A stretch of 64,000 nucleotides of DNA, taken from the NCBI RefSeq assembly GCF_025526975.1, contig NW_026515681.1, positions 434,001 through 498,000 on the forward strand. Direction: 5' to 3'. Origin of the DNA: Fimicolochytrium jonesii. Taxonomy: Eukaryota. Under the pieces are notes generated by a model. That model was not told the DNA's origin. It ran no database searches and saw only the letters and a program-made list of their open reading frames with translations. A program made the translations under genes and the position numbers. Position 1 is the stretch's first letter. Each line of letters opens with the position of its first letter. Of the stretch, positions 1 to 12,879 are shown piece by piece.

Positions 1-2882
1 CCTCCTCTGCCACTGTCCCTTCCAATCGGAGCGTGTCCGACGCCTGATTCGCCAGACCGCGGCCGATCGGACATTGTCACAGCAGCTAGCCGTGCTTCAA
101 TGCTGCCCACGCGATTCGAGACCGCTCCTGCACTTGGTCGCCTGTGTTGTTCCGCTTCTGGAGGCGTATATCGCGCGGGTGGGTCTACCCGATGATACAC
201 GTCGGGCGGCGGACCTCGCCTTGGTGGTTGATCTTCATTGTACCGCAACGGCTGCTGCTCTTCGCGGTAACGTGAAGTTGATTGTGCATGGCCGTATCGT
301 GAGGGAGGCTCGTCCTGCGCATGCCGAGATGGTCGAACCTGAGACGGGCTCCCTGGCGCGGACCGATTTAGAGGTGCGGGTGCCGGACGAGGGCCGGTGG
401 GTTGGTTTCCTGCTGATGTTCGCCTCGGACGTTGAGTTGGACCATGACGATGCAGATCTTTCAGATCTTCCAGGAAGTCCTTCGGCGTTATCAAATGCGT
501 CGAACCTGCCAGAAAGGAAGAGACTCAGCCCTTATCCGGTAGGACCTTCGATGAAACAGCCTTACCTATGATGATTTCACGATGGTGCGTCTTGATTAGA
601 TCATAACACACTTTCATTTCCCCTGGCGTGACCCCGCCTAGGACGAAAACGATCATTCTTGGGCCATTGGCTCTCAAGACCTCCGTCGCTAGAGGCTGAA
701 AGCCCGTCGTTCCGGATCCGGCACCTGCCGAACCAGAACCAACATTTGCTGATACAACTGCACGGCGTGTTGCCCACGACGCCTTTGCTCGCATGGGTGC
801 AGGAGATGCTGTGCCACTCGATGGGCCGGAAGTTGCCCACGTTGCGGGCCTGCCGCTGTTTTCGGTGGGTGGTGGCTCCCTGACCCAAGGAAAGACGTTG
901 CCGTCCGCAAGGTTCTTGATGATATCTTCCACAATGTAGCGAAGCACCGGGGTATACCTGGTGTTGTCAAATTTATGCTCCTTTCCTCGATCTCTCAGCC
1001 CATATGCGTATTGACCACGATTGTCCGCCTTCCTTCCCATCAGACTGGTACTAAGTTTCACGCCTAACATGCTGAGATTGTGCACTGCCTGTGCCTCCTC
1101 AACAGACAGCCTAGCAGATTCCAAGAGCTTTTGTCGATCGCTTTCTGAAAGCCCATTTTGTATGACAACGTAAAGCATGACCAATCTGATCTTGTCCTCG
1201 TGCCTGGATTTGATGCGAGATTACGAAACGTCTCTTGAGGCGTGGTATGTTTTAGATCGTACCTCACTGCCGGATCATCCAAAATCATCAAGATATCTCG
1301 CAGTACCAAGCGCGCGGATTTCCCCCCGGACGTCTCCCCGACAGCTAGATCTTGTTCGATCTCGGCCACCCTTTCTAGTCGGTTCTTGTTATATACCTGC
1401 ATAGCTTGGTGGCACATGCTCGTATGACCGGAGTACTGTCAAGTGAAATTGTTGGAAACCTTCTCCATGGACGACATTCCACTGGGCTCCCCTACCTTGG
1501 CCTTCATTTCTTGGTACTGCGGAAGGTGTGCCATTGTCTCCTTCAATTTCTCGATGGCGCCGAGGCTACCGGAACTACATACATGTCGATCAACATCAAC
1601 GATTCGCCGGGACGCCAACCAGTGGGCCTGCATACCTTGCATTGCCCTGATCAAGCGCAAACGCGGCCGCCTTGTTTTCCGAAGTGAACTTGTTCACCGA
1701 CTCTGCCAAAAACTCCATGACCTCGGCAATGTGCCAATGCCGGGCTTGACTCTGTGTAATGAATAGGATGAGCATTGATGTGTCGTTGACTCAACTTTCC
1801 ACACACATACCCAAACAAGGTCGTTCTCATCGAGCTTTACTTCATCCCCATCTGGTGGTTGAAACTTATTTCCTTCGATGTTCAGCAGGTCCATTACCAT
1901 GCTCTGGTACGTGAATTGGTGTAGAAGTGGGGAAACAAGATCTGCTGCTCGATCAACAATGAGCAAGATGGTCCGGGCGTAATTTGACGGGGGCGGGAAG
2001 TTGCGATCTCGCCGCGCAAGATTATCTAAATCAGCCTGCACAAGATTGGCGAACTTTCCGGCAGGTGATTCGGTTGCGCCCGGTGTCGGGTCATAATAGC
2101 GAATGTACGGATAGTCACCGAGCGAGGCCAATACGGATGCCAAACGCTTGGCTGTGCGGTCCAATTCGTAGTTTTGCAAAGACGGACTTTGCGGGTTAAA
2201 AGCGGTCTTGAGGGCATTTGGAACGTCCACGGTGAACACATGAGTTTCGTGCGCAGAGAAATCTACATTCAGCTCTTTGAAAGCGCTGATAAAAGGGGAC
2301 ACCGGAGAGCGTTTGATCTTGTCGAAAAGAGGATCCGGTAAAGCTGCAATCCATCAACGGGATGAGACGTTGCACCGCGATCAAGGGAAGCGAACCGCCG
2401 GAGACGCTAAACTTACGTGCTGTACTATATATGTGCACGCGGGCATATGGTGGTTTTTGAGTAGCAAAGTCGTCGACGATTCTTTGGACAGATGCCGGAT
2501 CCGGGGCAATGAAGTATATGACGTCTCGATCGGGAAAAGGCTGCCTCCGCTTTGCCAGGCCTTCAACGGCTTAGAAACCAATTTGGGGTAATGGCCGCAG
2601 GTGAGATTATTATCAAACGACGGTGTGAAAAGCCAGGAGCCACCGAACACACCCATCACATTTCCGTCCGTCAAGTCACTCTGCTTCACTGCCGTGTTCA
2701 GGATACGTAACGCCTCCTCGTCTACCACCAAGACTTTCCATTTTCCTGGTGGGTTGACTGCTTTTATCATGTCATCCAGAATCTCTTATCGCAACGAAGT
2801 AGACAAACGGTAAGTCAAGACACTAGGTTGAACAGAAAGCGCCGGGGCACATACTCCTTCGTAGTAGATCTTTGATAGCCAT
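1..2882 (-). CDS. SEC1: Sec1/Munc18 (SM) family vesicle-fusion protein, multi-exon; 3' end runs off the window
   Basis: ATG at 2882 (MAIKDLLRR), then a GTATGT intron. Exon peptides include WKVLVVDEEALRIL, LLIVDRAADLVSPLLHQFTYQSM, EQDLAVG, RYTPVLRYIVED and RMIVFVLGGVTPGEMK...IIIGST. The last exon stays open to position 1. Internal exon boundaries are approximate. Confidence 0.93.
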
Positions 2883-3316
2883 TGTGGTGAGGTCTTAGGG
2901 GACGAACGGCCTATTCGGCAGTGAAAAGTCCTTCGGACACACCGTCTTGGTATAACCTGGCCAAGTAGTTACGAAAAGACGGCGCCTCTCTGCAGGTCGG
3001 AGTGACGACGGAGGATGAGGAGCGGATGGTAAGGGGTGCTTTTAATGACGGTTGATGGCATGGAGGGAGTTGGAGGAGTTGGTTTCAGCTAAACTGCGTT
3101 CAAACGCGCTTCGGAACATCTTGCCGCCGGCCTCAAAGCAGCCTCAAAGCCTGAGTTGTTCGTCCTGACTCCTGCGGGACTGGATAGACGATAGCGCCAT
3201 GAATTCAGTGCCATGATTCGAAGACAATGATAACTGATAACGTACTATGTACAGTGCATGATGGAATGAAAGTGGGTGCAAATAAATAGTTACTACGCAA
3301 AAAAATCTACGTCCTT

Positions 3317-6300
3317 CTAGCGCTTCCTAGACTTTTTCCCAGGTGCATGCGATGCTTTTGGCCCCTGACTCTGACTTCTCTTCCTCTTGTTACCGCCGCC
3401 CATCTTGCCCCGTCTTGGCCGCGACCCCGCATCATCCTCCCCTCCGACATCATCTTCATCAAGCCCATCATTGGCTTCCAGCAACTTCTCGAACTCTTCC
3501 GCACTCGCAAACGCTCCCAACCCACTGCCCAGCCCCGACTTCCCTTTCGAGCCGAAGAAGTCGCCCTTGTAGCCTAGAGCTTCCGCCTTCACGGCAAGCT
3601 TAGACGGCTTTTTCTTTTTGGCCTTGTCCTTCGACTTGGCCGATTGGCCTTCATCTTCGGAGGCGGAGATGTCTTGATCTTCGTCGCCTGTCACCCACTC
3701 CGAGAAGTTCTCAAACATTGGTCCGTCAACCTCCATCTCAACATCGCTGTTCTCGGCTTCGTCATCCGTCACATCTGCAGGAGTTGCCACGTCAGCGCCG
3801 TCGTCTTCTGAGTTCTGGTCGGTTTCCGTCTGCCAATCGTCACCGCTTGCTTCATCATTGCTGGCCGCCGCCCAATCAGCCATGTCTCCCCCGTCATCCT
3901 CGTCACCGGCGCCCAACCCGTCCATTTTGCGGAAGACGTCTTCGATGTTTACATCTTCATTTTCGTCATCGTCGTCTGTTGAGGCGTCGCCGGTGGCATC
4001 GTCAAACATCTCAAAATCATCCTCATCGCCGCTGTCTTCGTCATCATCGAGTTCGGATCCCTCCATCTCTTCGCTGAAGCCGACGGACTTTTGCATAGCC
4101 TTCCAAACTTCATCCTCGTCAAGTTCTTCGCCATCTTCCCCTTCATCATCCTCTTCGTCGTCGACCTCCCTATCGCCAAAGGCGTCTGAAGCGTCCAGAA
4201 GCTCATCTGGAATCTTTTTGCTTTTCTTGTCTTTATTTGAGCCCGTGACGACTTGCTTCTGCTTGAAGAACTCGTAAAAGAAGGCCTGAGAGAGACAAAG
4301 CAATCAGTATTGAATCGAGAATGTCCATGAGGAATACGAATCTTACCTCGTCAACGGGTACCCCTTCTCCATTGCTTTGCACCCAAGCTTTTGCTCGTAA
4401 ATGCACAGGTCCGTCATCCAATGCAACCGTTCCAACGTCGTCGTTCTGCACGAGGACCCCACGCTTCCTGGCAGCACTGATGATCCGATCTTCGTCCTTA
4501 GGACCGTCATTCAAACCAGCTACACGAGGCTGCATAAGACTAGATCCCTTATATGCAGACTCAACCTTTTTTGGGTTTTTGAAAACGAAGCGGTCTAGGA
4601 ACCGCTGCAGAGTGTGGTTCTGGAGTGGGTCGTAATTCTTCGTATTCGCTGGAGGTACGATTGGTTGACCAGAGAGAAGCGTAGACGCGTAGAGAGCGAC
4701 AGTCGGATGAAAATGGGTGGCGAACTGGCAAAGCTCCCAGAGGCAAGACGATTCCGCCCCGGCAAACAAGGGATCACGTTTACGACCGTCGTATGGCGTC
4801 ACCTGTTTCCGCGAGTCCATGGCCGTACGCTCCTGCGCGCTCGGAACCTCAGCTTCCTTCTCAGAGAGAGTGGTGAACTCAGGCTCGTCCGCATCAACGA
4901 ATTTCTCAACGTCGCCCTCCGCGTCCTCCTCCGGCATGTTTATCATTGTCCACAATCCAGGTCTCGCTTTCCCAACCTCGCCAATCAAAAAGAGTGTAGC
5001 GCAAACGAAAGGGACGTTTGCAATCGCGCATATTTGAATCATGCGCTTCACAAATGCCTTGACACGGTGTTCGGAGGTGTCAGCCTTCAAAGCTTTGAAG
5101 ACTAGATTGAGGTACATGGCCTGCTTCGAAGCGATGTACAAGCGCGGGTCCAGCAGGGTACCGTATAATGTGCGGTAAAACCGGTCGGAAAGGGACTGTC
5201 GTCCAGATTGAACTTGGAAAATGAGGGAAAGGGATTGAATGGATGTGTTGAATGTGCCAATGTGAGTGATCCGGAAGAGAGTGGCCATGTGCGAGTCGAA
5301 GACATCGTCTTGGATCTCGGCAAATGGGAAGGCTCGATTGATTCCGGTCAAAAGAGCGGCCATCATTTTTGCGTCGATGCCATCCACCTCCCCTACGGGC
5401 GCTGTACTCTCGACTGCCTCCTGAGGTTGGTCCTTCCCGGTCTTCCGTGCCTGACCCTTCTGGCCTTTGCCAGCATTCCCCTTCCCTTTCTTGCCGTCGC
5501 GCCACCTATCTTTCTTCTTTGTCTTTGCCTCCTTCTCGGCGTCAGATTCCGCTTTCCTTTTGCCGAGACTGTCGAAAACCGCAAAGTATACGTCGATAAG
5601 TCGGTTAGCAGCGGCAACATCCTGTTCCTTATGACTGAATACAATTTGGTTCAAGAAGGTGATAGCGTAATACCGAGCTCTATCACTGATGTTTGAACGG
5701 AAAAGAAGACGCTCGACTTCCTTTATGACGACAAGCTTCATGACGGGATGCTGGAGCAAAAGCTTGGAGAGCAAATGCCCGGACTTGGAGGCGAGCTTGC
5801 GCTCCTGATCGCCGAGCTTGTTGACTAGGAGAGACAGCAGATTCTGCTCTTGCTCGGGTTTCGCTGCCAGAAGATCGAAGATGTACTGAATCATCTTGTT
5901 CTTGACGTGTAATAATGGGTCTCGTCCCAGCTCTTCCAGTAACTTGATGAAATCGAAGTATATCTTCTTCAAGCCATCCTCAAAATACCATGCAATCAAA
6001 TGCACAGGCTTCACCGACTTTGAGTCTAAAGGCTGATCTCGGAAATATTTGAGCTTCCGATCCGGTAGAACGCTACCCAGAAGCAAGTCCTTCACACTGT
6101 CGATGGCCATGACAGCCTCCCTCCTCGCTTTCTTTCTCGCCATGCCATTCACGAGCTGATCACGCAAATGTCCGAGGGTATGAAGAGGTGATTCCTGCAC
6201 CAAAAGCGTCAAAGCAGAAACTTTGTCCGTCACTGTTCCGGATTTCAACACGGTCCCGATGAACTCTTTGTCAGCGGACGACATCGACTTGGATTTCTCG

Positions 6301-7276
6301 AATTTCTCTACTTCTTGCTGATATAATACTTCGGCGCGATGGTACTGAGCGAGGATGAATGTTTCGTCGACCGTTGCAGCTTTTGCTGGCGACGTGGCTT
6401 CGATGGGAGGTAAAGCCACGGTAAACCATTTGCTTACAGGATCAAAGGCCTGGACAAAAAGGTGAATATCACTTTACTGACTGGAGACACCCATGCTACA
6501 TGCCACTGACTACATACCAGCTTCCGGCTCAGTTTATCGTCTATCGTCTGACCCTTGAGTAGTTGCGATACCATATCGCGGACCTGACTGGCGTCTTCTT
6601 TGCCATACTTTGTGGCAGCGATTGTGTCCTCCTCCTCCAGGCTATCGCTCTCCTGCACACCAAAGGCAGCCCCATTGGCTGCGGTGCTAGATTTGTCCAG
6701 CGTATCATCATCGTCCTCGTCTTCGGCCTCCTCCTCGTCCTCCCCTTCATCTCTGTCAGAGTCTTTTACATCCTCCTTCCCTTCCTCATCGGCCTCCTCG
6801 TCATCCTCGACTTCGATGATTTTACTCCGCTTTGGATCAAGCTTCAAATCCACCTTCATGAAAGCCTGTAAGTCCGCCAAGAGCGCAATCTCATCAACAT
6901 CCAGCTTTTCTTTCTCCAATGCGGCAGGATTTGCTTTCGATGACGATGGAGCGCCCTCGTCTTCAGCCTCCGATCCACTCAGTGCGTCGTGGATAAGATC
7001 CAAATCGCCCTCATTTCCTCCCATAGATAATATCTCACGGAGGAGAACATTTCGTGACCTGGCTGCGCTACGGCTGCCCGCTTTACCAACCGGTGCCGTT
7101 GGCGGCCTTCCCTTGTGACCATTGTTGACTTGGCGCCCTTTCTGCTGGCTCTTCCCATGTCCTTTTTCGTCTGGACGTCTTTTAAAAGACTCATTCGCCC
7201 CGAATTTCTTGGTGGCAGCTGCCGAGGGCTTTGATATACCCGTTTCCCTCGACTTTCCTTGTGTGGATGGTGCCAT
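3317..7276 (-). CDS. MAK21: CBF/Mak21 (Noc1, CEBPZ-like) 60S ribosome biogenesis factor, 3 exons (introns ~6517-6450 and ~4346-4286)
   Basis: Peptides GTVTDKVSALTLLVQESPLH, KPEQEQNLLSLLVNKLGD, LLTGINRAFPF, DRFYRTLY, YDGRKRDP and HFHPTV; acidic C-terminal tail with a basic end; canonical GT..AG introns join the ORFs in frame. Confidence 0.93.
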
Positions 7277-8025
7277 GTCGGGTACTATCTTTTCGGACTG
7301 AGCTTTTGGATCGGCCTTGGGAGCTTTGGGAGGCTGGCCCGTCTTCTCTCGTCGTCGGTCTGCTGCACTCTCCGGACGGTCAAAATGTCAACACCAAAAA
7401 TACTGTAGCACGTGACAGTGCATGACTTGACCCGTTCAAATATACTCCTGTCTTTTTGTGCCTTCCGCTTGTTGTGTCGGAGGGTGGCGATTGTTTGATG
7501 TCTGTGATTATTGAGCTGATTGTTGCGCTGTTTTCAATTGGGCTTTTGTTTCTCATTGTGCCCCCCGCGGTCTCCAGGAGTCCAACTGCCCCGAGTTCAC
7601 ATATGGGAAAAGACCTCTGCCAGAGGGCCCCGTAACCCAGCGGCGCCGCGCAACGAACGACCTATCCCAGCGCCTAACCGAGGACTGCATACTGGGCGGT
7701 GCTCGGGTTCCCGACCGGGACCGGGCTTAAGTTTCAGTTTCGGCACCGGTTGCTGTCATTCCGCATGCTCCTGAAAGATTCGCCCACCGACTCGGTGCCC
7801 CTTCGCGATGCAACCAGCTTTATTGCAGTACAACGTCCTCGCCGGGAAGACGTGCTGGTCTGAAAGAACACTAGCGGGTCGGGGAGAGCACATTCTCCCA
7901 ACGAGACGACGACGAGCCCGCATTTCGATTGACTCGATCGGCCCACGAAACCTCACTCGCAAATCTACTCAAAGCGAACCTGCCGAACCGTCACCGTGCC
8001 GGCAAACACAGTGCTGCCTCCCACA

Positions 8026-9480
8026 ATGAACTCCGTCGCCTCTGTCGCTTTGCAGACCCTTCAACAGCTTGCCCCTCGAGACGATGTACGCCACACCAAC
8101 ATCAATAATGTGACCCAGTCTAATATGCCCCTCTTTCTCAACGGCCAGACCGTCGTTCCTCTGCCTAGGGTCCACGACCTGATGCTGCGTAGCGCCGCTT
8201 TGTCCCTTGGATGTGTGAATCTCGTGGTATGGTGTTTGTGTTTCAAAAACAAGGTGAGAGACTTCTTTGAATCGGTGATCCTTGTTCCCACAACGATTGA
8301 CATGGTTGCTATTGCATTCGCCAGAGGACTGCCGTGAGTTGGGGTATAGCTTGTTTCGTGGTCACTCAATTTATCGGGGTACTGCTGAACGTCTTGCCGA
8401 AGACCGGCCTTTGTGAACCAAGCGCTATTGTCACGGTGGTTTTCGGCGTGGGATGTCTTTTGACCTCTGCGGAAACCTTCAACTGGGTACGGGACTGTTG
8501 CCGGACCGCAGTTGCCCTGCATGATGGAGAGCTAACACTCATTCTTCGTAAGGTGCTCTATCTGCGATTTTCCATCGTTAGCCCGTTCAATCGGCGGCTC
8601 CGCGTAGGAACTTTAGCGTGGCTGACCTTGGAGTCCGCCGCTGTCATCGCCAATTATGCGTTTTGGATTAGCGAGGCGAAAACTGCGAATGGGGATACGA
8701 CTAGGGCCGCGGATGTCTACTATGGGTTGAGCATTGTGCAAGCTTGTACCGCACTCTATTTGTCCGCATGTAAGTCAAGAACAAAGCCGATATCTTGATA
8801 GCAGATGCCCCTTGCTCACCCTCACTCGTCCAGATTTCGTTTGGACTTATTATCTACCGCGACTGAGACTGACCAGGCGTAGCTCAAGCGCCGTCAAGGT
8901 TTTTGTGAGAACTGGAATCATGTACCTCTGCCTCGAAACGACACTGCACTGCTCCTACACAGTGACCTCTCGCGTGGTCCCTACCATCCGCACCGGTCTC
9001 ACAGCGTTGCTGACCAGCGTCCGCCACGGCATTTTCCTTCTATTTGTCCTGACACTTCGAAAGGAAATCAGCCGGAAGCCGTCTGCCAATGCCTCACCGT
9101 ACCGCGCGAAAAAGACGGGGAGCTCTTTCGCCAGCAACAAGAAATCTTCGGACTCACACTCGGAGATTTTATCCGACAGCGGGCCCAAGCCCTATTCTGC
9201 TTCTACGATGTCGGTTAGTCAGTCATTCTTCCTCGCCTCCAAATTTGGCCTGCACCCGGTGCCCGTCAACGGTGGAGGTGGTTTGCTTGCGCCGGGAAGG
9301 ATGGAACACGCGCACCCAGCGGGCACCTTCGACGAATGGACGATTCAGAGCGAGGCAGATGACGATGACGATAGTGATGTGGAAACTGGGGACCCGGCGA
9401 CTGATCTGGAAAGCCGCCGACTGCCTCGACGTCCGCTAACTGCGCTTACTCCTAGTCCTCTTCGAAGGCACATGGGATAA
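8026..9480 (+). CDS. Probable multi-pass (possibly 7TM) membrane protein with a Ser-rich cytoplasmic tail, several introns
   Basis: Hydrophobic segments are spread over ORFs 7996-8337, 8334-8798 and 8734-9480 and are separated by GTGAGA/GTACGG/GTAAGT donors. I did not recognise a family motif. Confidence 0.55.
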
Positions 9481-9720
9481 GGCGATATCTTATTCGCATG
9501 AACTGTAAAAGCATTTGTGTGCCTTTTTTTCCTGCTGAGGGCGGTAGGATGTCGCGGTCGGGAATTGCCAGCCTATTTCGACGGAAATTGAGCGGTGTTT
9601 ATCGCAGAATAGCTTCGTGACTAGCACATTTTGATGTATATACAACGGCACGTGTGGACTCGCCCAAATAGACATGAGTAGATACTTTCTACAGGTTTCA
9701 GTGTTGCTGGGCATTCAGGC

Positions 9721-11841
9721 TCATGCTACTTTACTGTCGGGCCCTTCCTTAACTTTAGGATCCGAGCGAATGTGAATGCGAAGTCCTTGATGTGATAAGC
9801 ACTTGGAAAGGTCAGTTGAATCAGCCATGCCGGGAAACTCTTTGGGGTGATAAACCGTGAAGACATCGGACAGCACTACGTGCTTCCTGGGCGGATTTGG
9901 GAGGAAGGCACTGTAACAGAAGCGACAATCAACAAAACGTTTGGCGATCTCAAAAACCAGACCATCCTTACTTTCTGACGTCAAAGACCATGAACCGCAA
10001 TCGATATCGTCCCGCGACTCGAACGCTGACGTCGGGAAACACAAAGAACATCCCCTTCTGACCCCCGCAGTCGTTCAGGATGTGACATGGAGACACCAGG
10101 GTGCCTATGAGCACCTGCATATGTGTCTGGTTCAGCTTGGCGACTCGAAGTGACGGGAATGATTTACTCTCGGGCGTCGGGCGGCTCTCCTGAGGCCCGG
10201 CGCCATCTAGCCGCGGTCCATCGGACATCGAGTCGTGCCTCGATATCCGTTCGGCATTTGATGAGGTGTTCGAAGCAAGGGTATGTGGTACGCCGGAGTG
10301 AATATGTGGTCGGTCATTTGGATGCGACAGATGACGTATGGAGCCCTGTGGTAGGGAAGCAGTGTCGGGAGCCATTGCACCGGACTCGGACGGTGGAACG
10401 GCAAATGGGTTGACGACCATGTCGCGTTCATATTGACCGCACTCTGATACTAAAGAAACATGCGCAACCAGATTTGCAGCCGTGATGTGCCTGTTATGAG
10501 GAGGAGCAGTTAGCAACTGTATACGCCATAACGCATGTGACCCAAATACTTACATTACTAGTGGAAGCTCGCTTTTGTCCTGCAGTTCGAGTTCCAGAAT
10601 GGGCGGAGGATCTAGAAGACGTGTGATATTAGTGGCGCTACACTAACGCAGTTCGAGTCTGCATGCACCGTACCTATAGGACGCCGGTCTTTCTCCCCAA
10701 ATCCGATCATCCTAGCGCGTTTAGGATGTTGGCGGATCACAACACGGCTCGTCCGCAACAGCTCTTCACAAGCGTCTCTTGGTGCTTCGAAAGGCCGAAT
10801 AAACGCATTGGCAAAGCGAGTGTTCAACTTGTGCCGCTTTCGTCCGGGGGTCTTCTTGACCTTCGCCGGACCACCTGCTCCGTTCTGTGGAGACTTTTCG
10901 GAGGAACCAAATACTTCCGATGATGAACACTTAGCGGGTACATCCGCGGACATGTCCGCTTCACTGGTCTGATGTGAGGGTCCTCTCCTGTCGTCATCAT
11001 CGCCTGAGGACTGCGAAGATTTTGCGAACCCATTACGTTCGCCTTCCGCTCGAGCCATTGGGATGCTCGATTGGTTGGGGACACTGCCGCTGCCACGACT
11101 CGACCCGGAAGAGGCCGAAGAGTCCCTTTGGAGCTTCGATGTTGCGGAGTGCGATGGGGCTTGGTATTGAGTAGAGCCTCCCGGTTCTCGTGACGACTTT
11201 TCATCCTCATCCCGTTCCTGGGATTCATTTGGAGAGGAGCCATCATTGCTGCCGTTACTCATGCTGCTGCCGGACCCATCGTTCTGCCATTGTTCCCGAA
11301 GAGAAGCCTTCTCGTTATCTGATGTTCTCAGTTTAGAGTTTCGGTGGCCGCTACGAGAAGGAGCGTCGGCTGCTGGAGGAGTGTCCGCTTCCGGAGAACG
11401 GGACATTCGACGCTGTGATAGTGATTTAGGACGAGCCGCTACCGACTGCGAGTTTGTCGAATGAGAATATTCGTGGGGCTGGAACTGTGATGCATGGTCA
11501 TCATCAGAGCGATAGCTTGGTGGATGATTGCAATAATGATTGTTGGTGCTACAGAATGCTGAAGAGTGCATCGGCGCAGCTGAGTGCGGGGAAGTTGCTT
11601 CATAGAATGCCGAAGAGGCATTCCCAGATTGCGTGAATGGGTCATAAGGACGATTTGTCGGCATATGATGTTGCGTTGGCGGAGGAAGTTGCATATTGTG
11701 AACTCGTCTGTCGTTCGGGTAAGGCGGGATGGGAATCGTCCGCCTGGGTATGTGATATGGAAATTGTTGAGTGCCCTGCGGCGAGCGCCATTGAGGCGAG
11801 GGTAACCGCCGGTCGTGCTGATCTTCCGGGTTTGAGGCCAT
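9721..11841 (-). CDS. Velvet-domain transcriptional regulator, long disordered N-terminus, ~3 introns
   Basis: Velvet motifs across exons: IRQHPKRARMIGFGEKDRRPI/DPPPILEL, LIGTLVSP, GMFFVFPDVSVRVAGRYRLRF and SDVFTVYHPKEFPGMADSTDLSKCLSHQGLRI. Confidence 0.9.
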
Positions 11842-12879
11842 AGCTCACAAGTCCGCAAGCGGGATCTACTAGAGCTGTATGGATGGCACAAGCTACCAGT
11901 CCCTTCGCACCGACCGCGGCCCCAGAATAGCACCTCTCAAAAGCTCAGGGCGGCCGCTTTGCGGGATCGGCGCAGTTCGCAGCTTCCCAGAGTTTGTCGC
12001 TTCAGAAACAGCGTGTGGGAGGAATAATGAGAGGCACAAGCGAGACGCTGGTATGTAGATCGCTGTTATGGGATCCTGGGATAATATACAGCACTTTGCA
12101 AGGATCGACAATGGCAGCTCTCGAGGCGAAACTTCCCAAACGTTGCGTTGCGGATCGGTTTTGCGGCGAGCGACGGTGTTTCCTTGAGCAGACTTCTGTT
12201 GACAAAGGCCGATCGCGTGGAAGGATTATCGATTTGCAACGACGAGCGCTGCGTTACGAGCGAAAGCGTTTGTTGTGGGTAAGCGGTACGTGAATAGGAT
12301 GATATAGATGTATAAAGTGTCCTCTGTGCGGTGAGAAGGACAAGGAGGAGGAAGCACGAAGCCGATCTCAGGAAGCCGATCCGGAGGCCAGAGGTGGTTT
12401 TCTTTGCCGACGGCGGCGCTCAATGCTCTACATATGAAGCTTGGCTTCCTTCCTTTGCACCAAGTGTTTGGGGCACCCACCCCCACCCCCAGCCAACACA
12501 TATCCATATCGATCTATCGTCCCACACAGCTGGGACATCCAGTGCAATGTGCTGTTTGAATCCTTGACTCCAGAGTTTGCATTGCACACGAAATCCAGGC
12601 ATTGACAGTGCCAGAGGATGACAGGATGATGAACTGCATCGCCGATTCGTATAGGAAATCGCCGATGCGCTTTGATGAAGCCGAGTCGCGCCCTGGTTCC
12701 GGGCGTCTGGGCCCCACCATCTTGAAGCGTGCAGACAGTCGCAGACCAGGGCTCGGGCTCATTGTGAGGCTGTGTGTCACGCCGCCCGGATCGACAAGGC
12801 GATCGGACATGGAGAGAAGCACAATACGTAAAGTTCGACAGTCCTTTTGACTGTCCGGCGCCGACTTCAACCCAAAGGG

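Noticed and set aside
74..7194. Many plus-strand and alternate-frame ORFs (e.g. 74-571, 3858-4277, 4614-5105, 6600-7118)
   Set aside because: These are antisense or frame shadows of Sec1 and Mak21 in GC-rich coding DNA. The poly-Ser runs mirror acidic tracts.
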